A stretch of 63,297 nucleotides of DNA, counting the filler, from Lenisia limosa (Eukaryota; Protista; Breviatea), in assembly GCA_001655205.1 (NCBI GenBank). It is 13 parts of 13 records of this genome, joined end to end, with 100 filler letters (N's around TTAATTAATTAA, not from the genome) between each part and the next. Parts side by side here need not be neighbours in the genome. Positions count along the whole stretch, not along the records: positions 10,603 to 13,693 come from LPNZ01007112.1; positions 13,794 to 22,448 come from LPNZ01010639.1; positions 22,549 to 25,045 come from LPNZ01011550.1; 10 more parts are not named here. One strand, 5' to 3'. This document shows, in pieces, positions 11,521 through 24,035 of this stretch. The position numbers were made by a program, and so were the translations under genes. Each line of letters starts with the position of its first letter. Within the stretch, counting starts at the first letter, position 1. The notes beneath the pieces are model-generated. The model was not told the origin of the DNA and made no database searches. It was given only the letters and a program-made list of their open reading frames with translations.

Positions 11521-13249
11521 TTAGAACATCATCGTTTCCCTATCACGAGTTCGGTGTAAGGAGCCGTTTTTGCTCACACCCCGCACCCGCTGTGTTGTTG
11601 TTGAAACTTCCTGGCCCTTGGAAATGAGAATAATCGAGGGCTGAGGGAGTAAAACGAAGGAAATTTCGACGAAGAATATTGGCGTAAAGGTACTAATCGT
11701 ACGTGGGGGGGGGGGGGGGNNNNNNNNNNNNNNNNNNNNNNNNNNNNNNNNNNNNNNNNNNNNNNNNNNNNNNNNNNNNNNNNNNNNNNNNNNNNNNNNN
11801 NTAAGATACCCCCTGAAAGATCCCCAATACCATTGCAGAAGTACAAGCAATACAGTAATTCCCCCACAACCACCACTTGGAAGCGGAAAATACCCCAACC
11901 ACCCGTACACCTCAAGAACGGTAAAAAGCATGTGAGCTGTGGAGTGGAAACAGAAGTTAGCTTAAAAACCTCAAATGGTTTTAAATTGTCTCCCCCTACT
12001 GGTAGAGGCGGAAAAGACGATCTGGTCGATGCTAGAAGTCTCCTTCGCTCCTCACCAACAACGTGAGCGACAGCGTGGAACTCAACCTCTCCTAGAGGGA
12101 TGTAAAATACTGTTTTTGAATCAAGAGACAAAAGAGATAGACAAAACCCTTAGACAACACAGCATATCAAAGAGACTACGAATCCGTGATGGAACCTTTA
12201 AGATGAGGTGGGTAAGCCCTATTGAGAATTTTGAATTGTGAAAGCGGGTGGGCTTTGCAATTGGAACAAAATTGGACAATTTATGAAACAAATTTTTTTT
12301 TTTTTTTTTTNNNNNNNNNNNNNNNNNNNNNNNNNNNNNNNNNNNNNNNNNNNNNNNNNNNNNNNNNNNNNNNNNNATTTTACTCCATTTTTAAACAAAA
12401 ATCAACTCTTTTGGCAAGCAACACACTTGGATTAAGAACAATAAAACAAACAACGCCCAGGCCAGTCACTTGTGTGAGGTGGAACTCAACCTCTCCAGTA
12501 GAGGGGTTGTTAGTAGGGCTTCCCTACAGTCGAAAAAGACCGTCAAAATATTATCGAGGATATAACGAGAAATTCGGTCTTTTTCGGACTGTATGGAAGC
12601 CCTAGCTATTAGAATTTTAAAATTTAAGCAAAAGGTGTAGGTCAGCTTAATATTTTGACACGCTTAAAAAATGTAGTAACAATAAGGATCCACTTCGGTT
12701 CGAGAAAATATCGATAGTTTTCAAAGATGTATCGAGAAATTCAGTCTTTTATTCGAACTGAAGTGAAGCCCTAGTAATAGCCTACCAAAGTCGTCGATAC
12801 CGGCCTGCTGAAGTAGTGTCAGTATCTCGTCTTCAGTCATACTGTCCAATTTACTGGACACACCCGATTGCTGAGAACGTCATTTGAATATATGAACGAC
12901 TTCGAGTCAAAATGATATTGATAAGTCCTGACACGGATATTGAGCTTTAACTTTAGTAAATCGTGTCAGGACATCTACTTGTGATATGAACATATAGTTC
13001 GACTTTCGAGTCGAAATGATGACCCAAATCCAAGAGTGGGTGGGGTAGTAAAAATGGAAAAAATATATTACCAAAAAATCCCAGGGGGGAGGGGGTAAAA
13101 TTGGAAAATTTATGAAATAATAACAAAAAACCCAAATCAACTCTGTTGGCTGACAACACAAGGGTTGAGGGGGATCCCAAAAAACAGACCTGGGCTCGCA
13201 TGAGAACCTCCTCCTGTTCTGCCAGGGTCAATGTTTGGTGCTTGGACGC
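11521..13249 (-). CDS. Multi-exon gene fragment, unknown protein
   Basis: Exons ASKHQTLTLAEQEEVLMRAQ (13249-13190), QSGVSSKLDSMTEDEILTLLQQAGIDDF (~12875-12787) and less certain exons near 12070-11970 and 11640-11521; no family recognised. Confidence 0.55.
12514..12604. mobile_element. Family A MITE (hAT-type TAGGG ends), 91 bp
   Basis: TIRs tagggcttccctacagtcgaaaaagacc / ggtctttttcggactgtatggaagcccta; flanks gttgttag / gctattag (6/8 match, decayed 8-bp TSD). Confidence 0.85.
12683..12773. mobile_element. Family A MITE, degenerate left end
   Basis: ccacttcggttcga...atcgagaaattcagtcttt...cgaactgaagtgaagcccta. Confidence 0.75.
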
Positions 13250-13862
13250 CTGTGCAATTGATAGAATGATTTATTGCAATATTTGAAGGAGACATATTAT
13301 AAGGTGATATCCATTTCAGACTCTTCAATTTCAGATTTTGTCAATTTCTCCAAAAACAATTATGTAAACTCCTAAAAAACACGAGTTTTCGGTGTCAAAA
13401 AGTATTTTCTCGATAAATCCTCGAACATCGATACTTTAAAACACCCACATACCGAATGGGACTCAATGACAAGTTTCCTTCCTTCCTCCCTTATGAGATT
13501 TGTTACTACTGGGTCTGATGCGACTTCCTTCCCCCCAGGTCCTGTAGTAATAAGAAAAAGGACAACAGTCTGCAGATCCTATAATCTAACTTTTTCCTCT
13601 TAAAACAAAGAGTATTACTATGATATAATTTAGCATATATTATCAGTATATAGTAATACCACTACTAATTTCGTACATAGGATGCGTGTGGGGNNNNNNN
13701 NNNNNNNNNNNNNNNNNNNNNNNNNNNNNNNNNNNNNTTAATTAATTAANNNNNNNNNNNNNNNNNNNNNNNNNNNNNNNNNNNNNNNNNNNNCCTATTT
13801 TTATGTATAATGCCATTTTGTCGTTGTGTCAAAAAGGAAGACCATTATTTGACCTACTTCAG

Positions 13863-16499
13863 GAGCCTCCATTGCCACCACCATCGCCATCGGTCTTCAG
13901 AACATCCCAGGTTGGCAGCAAATTGCAATTGCTGAATAATTATATCACATGAGAAAATATTATTAATCAAAATAATTACACAATAATATTTTCTCTGATA
14001 TGATATGATATGATATGATATAAGAGACTTGAAGAACGTAGTCACAGTAAAACTGAATAATGTATCCTTATTTCTTATTTCTTACCCTTCTTCTACCCTT
14101 ACGTTGCGTAGAAGGTGCAGCTATATCCTTGCCGCTCCGACATGAAGGTTTTGAGGGCTGAAGGTAGTATTTCAAAAAGCATAATAACTACTTGCTGGAA
14201 TGTGACGATTTCAGTGAACGTATTTGAACATTCATAACAAATCACGCACATCAACAGAGAACTAATGCGTTTTAAGACTATGTTATGTCATATCGGTAAA
14301 ACTAAACACTTTTCAGAGATATCTAAACGTTTGGCTCAATACCTCATATACTTTATGACGTTAGACGGCTTTGGATGTCCATTTTTGCATTTTTGACCTG
14401 TGTTAGGGGTTTCTCCAATGCGAAGTTTCTTTTGGGGTCAGCTTTCTGGGAGCCTTGAAGTTCTTGGAGGAGTCCTGGGAGTTGTACTTGGAACCTTCAC
14501 CGAGGTACATTGAAAATACTATTTCGCTTCACAAAATTGATTACATGAGTACCTCTTTTCATGGTGAAATTTGTCTATGATCTTTTTTTTTTTCTTTTTT
14601 TTTTTTCTTTTTTNNNNNNNNNNNNNNNNNNNNNNNNNNNNNNNNNNNNNNNNNNNNNNNNNNNNNNNNNNNNNNNNNNNNAATAAACATTGTGTTTGAC
14701 AGACGAGTCGAGACCCAACAAGCAACAATGTCGCTGCAGTTATCAGGGTGTATATTGTGTGCGTATGAAATAGCGCATGATGTATGATGAAGTATGGAAG
14801 AGGAAATCCAAGAAGGGGAAACAATAGCAGGCAGGTAACTACTTCATGAATCTTCAAAATATGAGACGGGCACATGGTTAGCCGAGTTTTGGCCAGACTA
14901 CTGATGACTCGCATTGGAAGTCAGTTGAAAATACGCCGATACTCTAAACATGTGGATTACATGTCCACATACAAAAGAAGGAAAATATAATAACAAAAAA
15001 CCCAGTGCAAGGTGAAGTCATTGGCACGTCTGCCAAGCGGGTAAGCGCCAACGCTTCAGGTGCTTTGCCACTGTTTTTGAAGTCAGATTAACAAAAACAA
15101 AGCTTTTGCTTTAGTGACAGTGGAACGTCATACTTCTGATGGTTCGCGACATTTTCCGCTGCTTAAATGGTTCAGCATCGGCCCCCCTCCACCACGGAGT
15201 GCACAATGAGTAAACTAAGAAATGGAAAGTAATGTCTATTTTCATATTTGTAATGGCACAGCGTATCAATTCAACCATAAAACCAAATCCCTGCAGACGA
15301 CAAAGATGTCAGGGAGCTTGCCGGAAGCAGATACGACCATCTTATTGCGGATGAGATTAGAGCAGCTTGCAGACGAGATTAGAGGCGCCTAGAAAACTCA
15401 AACGAAACCTTAGTCTCCTTTTGGGTCGGGTTCATTCCTCTTTTATAATGCTATTCTTGTTTTTTTATTGTTTAATCATTTAATTCTCATATATTTTCAT
15501 TTAGTTTTCTTTTGTTGTTGATTTTCATGCCACCCCCAGCTAACCTATTTCAGATTCTGCTTCCCTATGTTTTAAGCTTCGCAGCAGGTGCAATGGTAAG
15601 CCAAAGTCGAGTGATCTTTTNNNNNNNNNNNNNNNNNNNNNNNNNNNNNNNNNNNNNNNNNNNNNNNNNNNNNNNNNNNNNNNNNNNNNNNNNNNNNNNN
15701 TTGACATTTTGGGGACTCTCCTTGCTTTCTTTTTGGCGTTCTTTACTGAAATGGAAAAAGTAGACAGTGACTGGGTCTTGAACGAATTTCCTTGGGAAAT
15801 CACATAGCAAATCAATTAAAGCCTTACTCCTTGTTCCGGTTCCGGCTACACCGCTCATCCCCCCAGGTTCCTGAACACATAGGTACTAATTCTTGGATAC
15901 ATATTAGGGATACTGCCCCCCCCCCCCCCNNNNNNNNNNNNNNNNNNNNNNNNNNNNNNNNNNNNNNNNNNNNNNNNNNNNNNNNNNNNNNNNNNNNNNN
16001 NNNNNNNNNNNNNNNNNNNNNNNNNNNNNNNNNNNNNNNNNNNNNNNNNNNNNNNNNNNNNNNNNNNNNNNNNNNNNNNNNNNNNNNNNNNNNNNNNNNN
16101 NNNNNNNNNNNNNNGGACTTGGCCCCTGAATCTCAACGAAGTAACCACAAAAACCTTGTTGCTACGGTAGGAGAAAACTGGATTACTTTTTTGTTAAATG
16201 GTGTCCATTTTCTTGACATCTTTTATCGCGTGATGTGGACGACTTGGGTTCCTAGTCGAATTGTGGGAAAATCTTCATCTTAAGCTACATACTGACCAGA
16301 GCCAGAGGCACCTTTTTCAAAATAATTCTCATCAGTAATGTTTTGATCATCACATAGTGTATATTTTTATGATATAGTACATACATAGTACATTAAAACA
16401 TCATCATCCATACTTTAACCTAACGCACCTTTACTCCTCCCACAGGGCACAATGCTCGGCTTTGTAGCCATGATGATTCTCGATACCAAGCTTGGCTAG
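13863..16499 (+). CDS. ZIP-family (ZIP11/GufA-like) zinc transporter, C-terminal half
   Basis: Exons ASIATTIAIGLQNIP (13863-13910), EGAAISLPLRHE (14112-), GFSNAKFLWGQLSGSLEVLGG...E (14407-14501), ILLPYVLSFAAGAM (15553-15596), DLAPESQRSNHKNLVAT (~16116-16167), GTMLGFVAMMILDTKLG* (16446-16499); colinear with the SLC39A11 C-terminus. One junction is off by 1 nt (see findings). Confidence 0.9.
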
Positions 16500-16639
16500 G
16501 ACGTCCTCGAGTTTTCCGAGTGGTGAAATGCGCTTCAGGCCTCTTTTCTGATCTAATAATGTTTCCTTTTAATGTATTCTTCTGATTTCATACCAGAGTC
16601 CCCCATGTGTAATTAAAGTGGAAAGATAAAGATTCATAC

Positions 16640-17375
16640 CTAGCGTAGGAATTTCCAGTTGGAGAATATAAATTTCTTGATTTCTGAAAAGAGGATGATA
16701 GCCAAAGTCGATTGGCTAGCACTTCGGTGCATCGAAAGATTACCCAGTTGAAACCACATAGATCCATGGATGCGAATTCCAACTTGTTCCGAAGAATCCC
16801 AAGTTTGTGCGTAGTTGGTAACTCTCCCCAAGTTTGGTCTCAACAACATATAGAGGCGTCTAACGTGTGTATGTCACAAGTGATGATGCATCAATGACCT
16901 GTTAAATATTAATACGAATCGTAGGAAGCCTCTCACCACAGCGCATCGGTGGGATCCTTGATTTATTTAAAAATACCATAAATTTCTTCGAACAAAAATT
17001 CCATGTAAAATATGGGAATTCCAACGTTTTCACAAGAAAACCAAGTCGATGCGCGGTAGTGTTGGGGGATCAGATGACTAGACGATCAAGTAAAAAGTTT
17101 ATTCCCAATCAATATGGCTTGTCTAAAATTGGGGTGTCTGTAGTACCCCCTCCGCGTTAAGTAACAAATAAAATAGTACATCCATAATTAAACAATAAAG
17201 TGACCGAAAAATGGGGTACCTAATAACTTGAAATTTGACTTTCCATAAAAGGAAGTCGAAGTGGGCAAAATGGATTCAGTCGTCTTTCAAGGCATCTCGG
17301 ATTTTGATAACTTCCGCAGCTAAATTGGCCAGGCCTTCTTTGACTGACACGTCTGTTTCGGAATCTAGGAAATAA
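16640..17375 (-). CDS. Putative exons of an unknown gene
   Basis: Exon-like blocks at ~17375-17276 (DSETDVSVKEGLANLAAEVIKIRDALKDD*) and ~16860-16640; connectivity and frame uncertain. Confidence 0.3.
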
Positions 17376-17893
17376 TGACAATGAATTATATATATTAGTA
17401 ATGAGACAAAATAGACACGGTTTTTTCTGGCCGAAGCCATCCACTCCATCACGCTTATATATAAGAGATATTGGATGATATTATAATATATTCACCCAAT
17501 CATTTGCCAAACAACTCTGTGCACACAACTATCTGCGTCCTATATTGTGCATTCATTGTCTGATAAATTGTATTATGATGATTTGATGGCTGTTTTAGGG
17601 GGGTCTTTCGAAGGAAATTGGCAAAGAGAGGCAGGCGCGGGGGGGGATCATATTTTCCTCCATATTTTACAGAGAATAAATATTATATATTTTATAAAGT
17701 AAACAATATATAATGTTTGNNNNNNNNNNNNNNNNNNNNNNNNNNNNNNNNNNNNNNNNNNNNNNNNNNNNNNNNNNNNNNNNNNNNNNNNNNNNNNNNN
17801 NNNNNNNNNNNNNNNNNNNNNNNNNNNNNNNNNNNNNNNCAGAATCTATAAAGGTGAGCCTTAACTTGAACAATCTCATTTTTTGCCAGTGGT

Positions 17894-18655
17894 TACAGAC
17901 AGATTGCTCATTTCATCAGGATCGCAATCGCCACACACCTATCAGAATGTTTCAACTCTTCTTATTTTTTCTTAGACCCCTTCCCTCTCCAAAATCATCT
18001 GGTTATTATTTTTATTTTGGCCAAAACAACCACCACTCCCCAAACTTTTTAATCCCTAGCCTCCCCCTCCTCCCTACGGTCCGAAAAAGACCGCTTAAAT
18101 ATCGATATTAGAGGATTTATCAAGGAATTACAGTACTTTTTGGAAACATAGGTGCCCCTCTCTTCACAATCTTTCTCTTCTACCATTCTCCTAAAAGAGC
18201 CTTTAGCTTGAAACTTTCAATAAAACAGTTGCTAAAGGATCGATAGACCATGCTTTCACAGTTTGTGAAAATCAAAATCAAGTGAGCTTTTGCCCTTTGA
18301 CTCCACTTCCCCCGTAACCTGTACTGGGAAGGCTGAGGCCACTTGGAAAGCGCAAAACAGCACTGCTTCCCGCACATTACCATGGTGGTGATCCCTGGGG
18401 GGGGGGGGGNNNNNNNNNNNNNNNNNNNNNNNNNNNNNNNNNNNNNNNNNNNNNNNNNNNNNNNNNNNNNNNNNNNNNNNNNNNNNNNNNNNNNNNNNNN
18501 NNNTATACAGCTTACTTGGACTTCCCAAATCCCCTTGTGGCCAACTTGGACCAACTTGGACTTCCCTAATCCCCATGCAGCTTACTTGAACTTCCAGACA
18601 TCATCCATCAGCATTCGACACAGATCTTTGGACGCCAATGACGGTACTGCCGCGG
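17894..18655 (+). CDS. Putative exons of an unknown gene
   Basis: AG/GT-bounded blocks such as LETFNKTVAKGSIDHAFTVCENQNQ (~18210-18281); interrupted by gaps. Confidence 0.3.
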
Positions 18656-19760
18656 TTAGATGGGGGATGGGGGGGGGGGGGGGNNNNNNNNNNNNNNNNN
18701 NNNNNNNNNNNNNNNNNNNNNNNNNNNNNNNNNNNNNNNNNNNNNNNNNNNNNNNNNNNNNNNNNNNNNNNNNNNNNNNNNNNNNNNNNNNNNNNNNNNN
18801 NNNNNNNNNNNNNNNNNNNNNNNNNNNNNNNNNNNNNNNNNNNNNNNNNNNNNNNNNNNNAACAATGGAACTGAAGGGACGTTAAAAGAACACTGAATGA
18901 AAAGGGAGTTACAATACCAATGAATGGAAAAGGACGTTAAAACACCAAAGGAAGAAAGGGACATAATGTCAATGGATCAAAAGGTCATAAAAGTACCAAT
19001 GAACGAAAAAATTATAAATTAAAACACCAATGGAAAAACGGAGTGAACAAGCACCTTTAGAAAACAACCCTGTTATATCCCCATCTCCAATAACTCTACC
19101 CAGATACATACCGAGATATAGAGATGAGAAAACAAGTGGCCGAAGCCGTCCACATCCCTCTCGGCATTTATCCCCACCCCCACACCCCCTCTTACGGTTC
19201 CTCAAGAGCTTTGACCAGGCTGTTGTAGTAAATTCCACCCTCAAAAGTAAAAAGAGAGCGTATTTTCGAAACGCATAGCACAATATCATTCACATTATAC
19301 CTGTCTTGTATTAGTAATATGATACTGTAATCCAATNNNNNNNNNNNNNNNNNNNNNNNNNNNNNNNNNNNNNNNNNNNNNNNNNNNNNNNNNNNNNNNN
19401 NNNNNNNNNNNNNNNNNNNNNNNNNNNNNNNNNNNNNNNNNNNNNNNNNNNNNNNNNNNNNNNNNNNNNNNNNNNNNNNNNNNNNNNNNNNNNNNNNNNN
19501 NNNNNATACAACTAGTCCACACCACCCCTCACTAGTCCTTGCCCAATGTCGGTAGAGACTCCACTAAATTCCGCAATCTATAAGGGTAAATACGCCATTA
19601 GAAAATCAAATGAGTGTTTATCAAAAGAACATGTATAATAAAAAGAGAATATGATACATCATGCTGTTATACTACATAGTATATTATATGTACTATATTA
19701 AGGTATCCTCTTATGCATTATTCTGAACCCCGAGATTCTATTCAATGAATGTATTAACTT

Positions 19761-19857
19761 TAGGGATTCATTTCGGTTTGACGCGACCGCAAAAATATCG
19801 ATAGTTTTCGAGGATTTATCGAAAAATCCAGTCTATTCGAACCGAAGTGAAGCTCTA
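19761..19857. mobile_element. Family A MITE
   Basis: tagggattcatttcggtttga...ttcgaaccgaagtgaagctcta. Confidence 0.75.
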
Positions 19858-19917
19858 TCCCAACAAACCCTCTCCAAGCCCAAGCCCCCATACCCGTGGT
19901 ACCGCATCCATCTCAAC

Positions 19918-22062
19918 CAAGGCCCCGGGCATGACTCTTTTGCCCCATCGTCGGGTCTGTGCCTCTAATTTCGGGGGGAGGGCTTCAACCACTCGAACCT
20001 TGGGACTTGCCTATAAAGGAAGGTAAATGTTAAAACAGTAAGGACTTGCCTAAAAAGGAAGGTACAATAAATACAGCAACATTCACTTTGGTACTAGCCG
20101 AAAAAGGATGGAAAAACGTCACTCATATTGTTCAAATTGTCGAGCGAATAACTAATATGTTTGATTTGATCAGCAATAAAATCACTCAAGGATGATTCAA
20201 CCCCCCCACATACATAGTAATACTTCAATTCACATACAAACATATCATAGATATAGCCGAGAAATAAATACACGGTGGTATCTGGCCGAAGCTGTCCACA
20301 CCATCACGCTTATAAGATATATTGAATATAACATCNNNNNNNNNNNNNNNNNNNNNNNNNNNNNNNNNNNNNNNNNNNNNNNNNNNNNNNNNNNNNNNNN
20401 NNNNNNNNNNNNNNNNNNNNNNNNNNNNNNNNNNNNNNNNNNNNNNNNTGAGGGGAGGGAGTAAAATTTGAAAATTTATGAAATAAAAAGAGCCCAAATC
20501 AGATAAGATGGAATTTTATGGGTCATACATACTCCTGTAATACAAATAATAAACAATCTATAAAATAAAGACACACCTCCCCTCCCTACTGATTAATCAT
20601 TTTAGATTGGGCATACGTAATGTGTTTGGTATTCTAATTAGGGCTTCACCCCGGTTCGAAAAAGTCCAGTATAATATCGATAGTTTTCGACTTATCGAGA
20701 AATTCAGTGTTTTTTTGAACCGAAGTGAAGCCCTAATCCATGTGTGGTGTGGATACGGTGATACAGATTCCTGCAAAGCAATTACACCCCCCCTTACGGT
20801 GCAACATTAAGTGGGTGGACCACTATGAGGGTCGCGATACAAGCCAATCGACGGGTGTGGAAATCTGACAGGCTAGCGTGGTTGACTGGGAAAATAAGAG
20901 GAGTAAAGCAAAGGGCTGGTAAAATGTGAAAATTTATGAAACAAAAAAAGCAAATCAACTCTGTTAGCTGATAGTACACACGGTTGATAACAATAAAACA
21001 ACAAAGCCCAGGCCAGTCGCTTCTGCAGAACCGGTGGGGGAATACTCCCACTGCATACCCATATGAATAAGCGAAGACGCGAGGCGAACCGAAACTTCAT
21101 CTATACATGGTAAGTGGGACGTCGCTCCGGATAATTCATCTGTCACCTAATAACGATATGTCTGTAATATATCATGTAGTCCTTCTCTCTGGTATGAAAA
21201 AAGCTGAGCTTGTAAACACAAAATCATCTGGTGTATGTGAAGTATATTAACCAGACAATCTGTGATACATTTAAACACTATGACATAATGTTGTTATATC
21301 GATATGTATAGTATGTCATATACGGTGACTGGGAGAGTTTTGACCGATTTATGATTGAATTCCCCAAGAAAATTTATCAAGACTTATCAATACTAAATTC
21401 TAAAAACTAAAATATTCGATATAATACTACTTTAACATATATGTATGTAGGTACCCCTCCACCAAGATCAGGAGGCTTCAATCTGAGATGAGCTGGAAGG
21501 TAGTTGAGTGCCAAATTGACGCGGTCAGGCTCCATTGTGTCGGGACTGGCTTGGAAGATGTCGATATAATGGTCCAGTTGCCTGAGGGAGTAAATTGGAA
21601 AGTTTATGAAACAAAAAAACAAAGAAGCCCAAAATTCACTATGTTGGCTGACACACGAGTAGGGAGAGAGGGGTAAAGATATATTTAGGAACCGGAGGGG
21701 GATTAAATCTGTTTTATTCATGACATTATTGAAAAAAAAAAGGGGGGGGGGGNNNNNNNNNNNNNNNNNNNNNNNNNNNNNNNNNNNNNNNNNNNNNNNN
21801 NNNNNNNNNNNNNNNNNNNNNNNNNNNNNNNNNNNNNNNNNNNNNNNNNNNNNNNNCAGGTGTTCAGAATAAATAACTAACAGACCAATTTAATTGGGCG
21901 GTTAAATTCGGATCAATAGAACATTAGATACCCCGGATAACAAACTTTCCAGAACGGGTTCAGTTCACTTGCTATAAAAGTTAAGAAAATAATTGAATTC
22001 CCCTCAAATTTGACATAAGAAATTTCACCCACCCACCACCACCTTTGCAGCACAGAATTGGA
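19918..22062 (-). CDS. Multi-exon gene fragment, unknown protein (possible C2-like segment)
   Basis: Phase-consistent exons QLDHYIDIFQASPDTMEPDRVNLALNYLPAHL (21581-21455), VTDELSGATSHLPCIDEVSVRLASSLIHM (~21146-21059), VNHASLSDFHTRRLACIATL (20885-20798), ASPKVRVVEALPPKLEAQTRRWGKRVMPGAL (20010-19918). Upstream AFIRVQF...ELNPFWK only weakly recalls a C2 domain. Confidence 0.6.
20639..20735. mobile_element. Family A MITE, 97 bp
   Basis: tagggcttcaccccggttcgaaaaa / tttttgaaccgaagtgaagcccta TIRs. Confidence 0.85.
20886..21058 (-). mobile_element. Full-length family C element coextensive with one 173-nt intron
   Basis: Minus strand: GTatgcagtggg...tgcagaagcgactggcctgggctttgttgttttattgttatcaacc...cagctaacagagttgatttg...ttcataaattttcacattttac...ttttcccAG; flanking exons join in frame. 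Confidence 0.75.
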
Positions 22063-23922
22063 CACGGATAAACGCTTCTGTTAATCCACTAACCTGAGAG
22101 GAATTCGTTCCTATATCTTGTCAACGCAAACCCTTCATTTGATCAACCAACCCATAGGTCATAGTGAACTAGAATCCAGCCTAAATGTCAATTGGGGAAG
22201 AAAGGGAGGATGAGAAGGAGGAGTAAGCAGTAGGGTGACGAAGAATAATGTCGAGAAGGATAAAACGAAGGAAATTTCGATGAAGAATGTTGGCGTATAC
22301 TCATCACGAATTGAATAATCTGAAACTCCAAACAAACAAAAAAACAAGCAAACAAACAGGGGGAGTGGGGGTAAATTGGACAATTTTGTAACACTCAAAA
22401 ATCAACTCAGTTGGCTGAAAACACACGAGGGTTGATAACAACAAAACANNNNNNNNNNNNNNNNNNNNNNNNNNNNNNNNNNNNNNNNNNNNTTAATTAA
22501 TTAANNNNNNNNNNNNNNNNNNNNNNNNNNNNNNNNNNNNNNNNNNNNTGTTTTGTGGTATTCTAGTATTAGTATTGTACAAAAATATAGATATATATTA
22601 TACACATAGTTTTGTGGTATCCTAGTTTTAGTATTGTACAAATATATAAATGTATTATATACACAGAGCTCTTTAAAAGAGAAAGAACGTTGAAATACAA
22701 TACGTCGAAGCAGTATCTGCTCACACCGTCACGCTTATTAGCGGATTTATAGTACGTAGACCGGGTGTTTCCTTTGTCTCCGTGCAATCGGTTTGTGCAT
22801 AGTATATACTATCAGAAAACAAAAAATAGTATATTATACTATTATATGATACTGTATGATATTATGATATAATGCATAAAAGTGTGGTGGACGATTTGTT
22901 TTATTTATAGTATATTACTAAGTCACCCAATCATTTGCCTTGTACCTCCAATTTGTAATCAGAACACACCTTTTCAGGAGGCGGACAGGAGCGGATCGTT
23001 GCCAAGTCAAATGGCTCAGATCCCATCACTGCCTCTGCTACGCCCTCTTTCGCAATGTCTACACTGCCATACCTTGAACAGTCAAAATGTCATGCATCGC
23101 CGAAAAAAGTACGTGATAAATTGATGTTTTTCGAAGGTTATCGATATTTCAGTTCTTTATTTGACCACAAGTTGCTCAAATACTTATGACGTAAGGATTA
23201 TGATTATAAAGACAACCAAACCAATTCTTCAAAAAAAAAAATGAAATCANNNNNNNNNNNNNNNNNNNNNNNNNNNNNNNNNNNNNNNNNNNNNNNNNNN
23301 NNNNNNNNNNNNNNNNNNNNNNNNNNNNNNNNNNNNNNNNNNNNNNNNNNNNNNNNNNNNNNNNNNNNNNNNNNNNNNNNNNNNNNNNNNNNNNNNNNNN
23401 NNNNNNNNNNNNNNNNNNNNNNNNNNNNNNNNNNNNNNNNNNNNNNNNNNNNNNNNNNNNNNNNNAGGGGCTGGGAGGAGTGGAACGGCCTAATTCGGTA
23501 AGCAGGTCGCTAAATCGACTTTTTTCAGTTTTTTTTTCTTCTTTTCTTGGGCTTTTTTTCTGGGGTCTCGCAATTTATATATCGATATACCATCCAAAAA
23601 CACTTGTATACTGTACACCACTATCTGTACAACCTAACCAAATCCTTTTTTGTTAAAAAAATGGAGGGGGGGGGGGCAGAATGAAACCTCGGAGTGTAAG
23701 ATTTTTCCATGGATTTGGTGACAGATTTTGGCAATTTTTGACCAATATCAAATTTATGGATTCAAGGCTCAGTTAAGATTATATTGAATCTGGTTTAGAG
23801 ACTAGCTTTAAGGCAGATTGATTATACGTAATCGAAAAGTATGGAATTATTAATTCGTCTGGCAATATAGTGGAAAGAATATCAAATTTTCGAGGATTTA
23901 TGAGGTTTATCAAACTTACCAC

Positions 23923-24020
23923 TAGGGTTTCCCTGCGGTCCGAAAAAGACCGTAAAATATGATATTTATCGAGGATTTATCCAGAAATTCAGTCTTTTTT
24001 GGGATCTAAGGGAAGCCCTA
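23923..24020. mobile_element. Family A MITE, 98 bp
   Basis: tagggtttccctgcggtccgaaaaagac / gtcttttttgggatctaagggaagcccta. Confidence 0.8.
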
Positions 24021-24035
24021 TCAATGACATCACAA

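Noticed and set aside
14159-17278. UGA-to-Trp reassignment suggested by in-frame TGA at 14159 (+) and 17276-17278 (-)
   Set aside because: Conserved Trp residues in dynein, SWIRM and SANT exons use TGG, and genes end in TGA (SMARCC, PAM2/GW gene). The first case is better explained by a splice or homopolymer problem; the second may be a true stop.
18861-19040. Degenerate ~30-bp A-rich repeats as a regulatory array
   Set aside because: Loose low-complexity minisatellite next to a gap with no conserved core; the short tandem repeats at 10410-10502 and 53425-53500 were set aside for the same reason.
20639-20735. tRNA or tRNA-derived SINE from GGTTCGAA in family A
   Set aside because: The motif is part of both TIRs; no cloverleaf or A box; the TSD/TIR pattern fits a DNA-transposon MITE.
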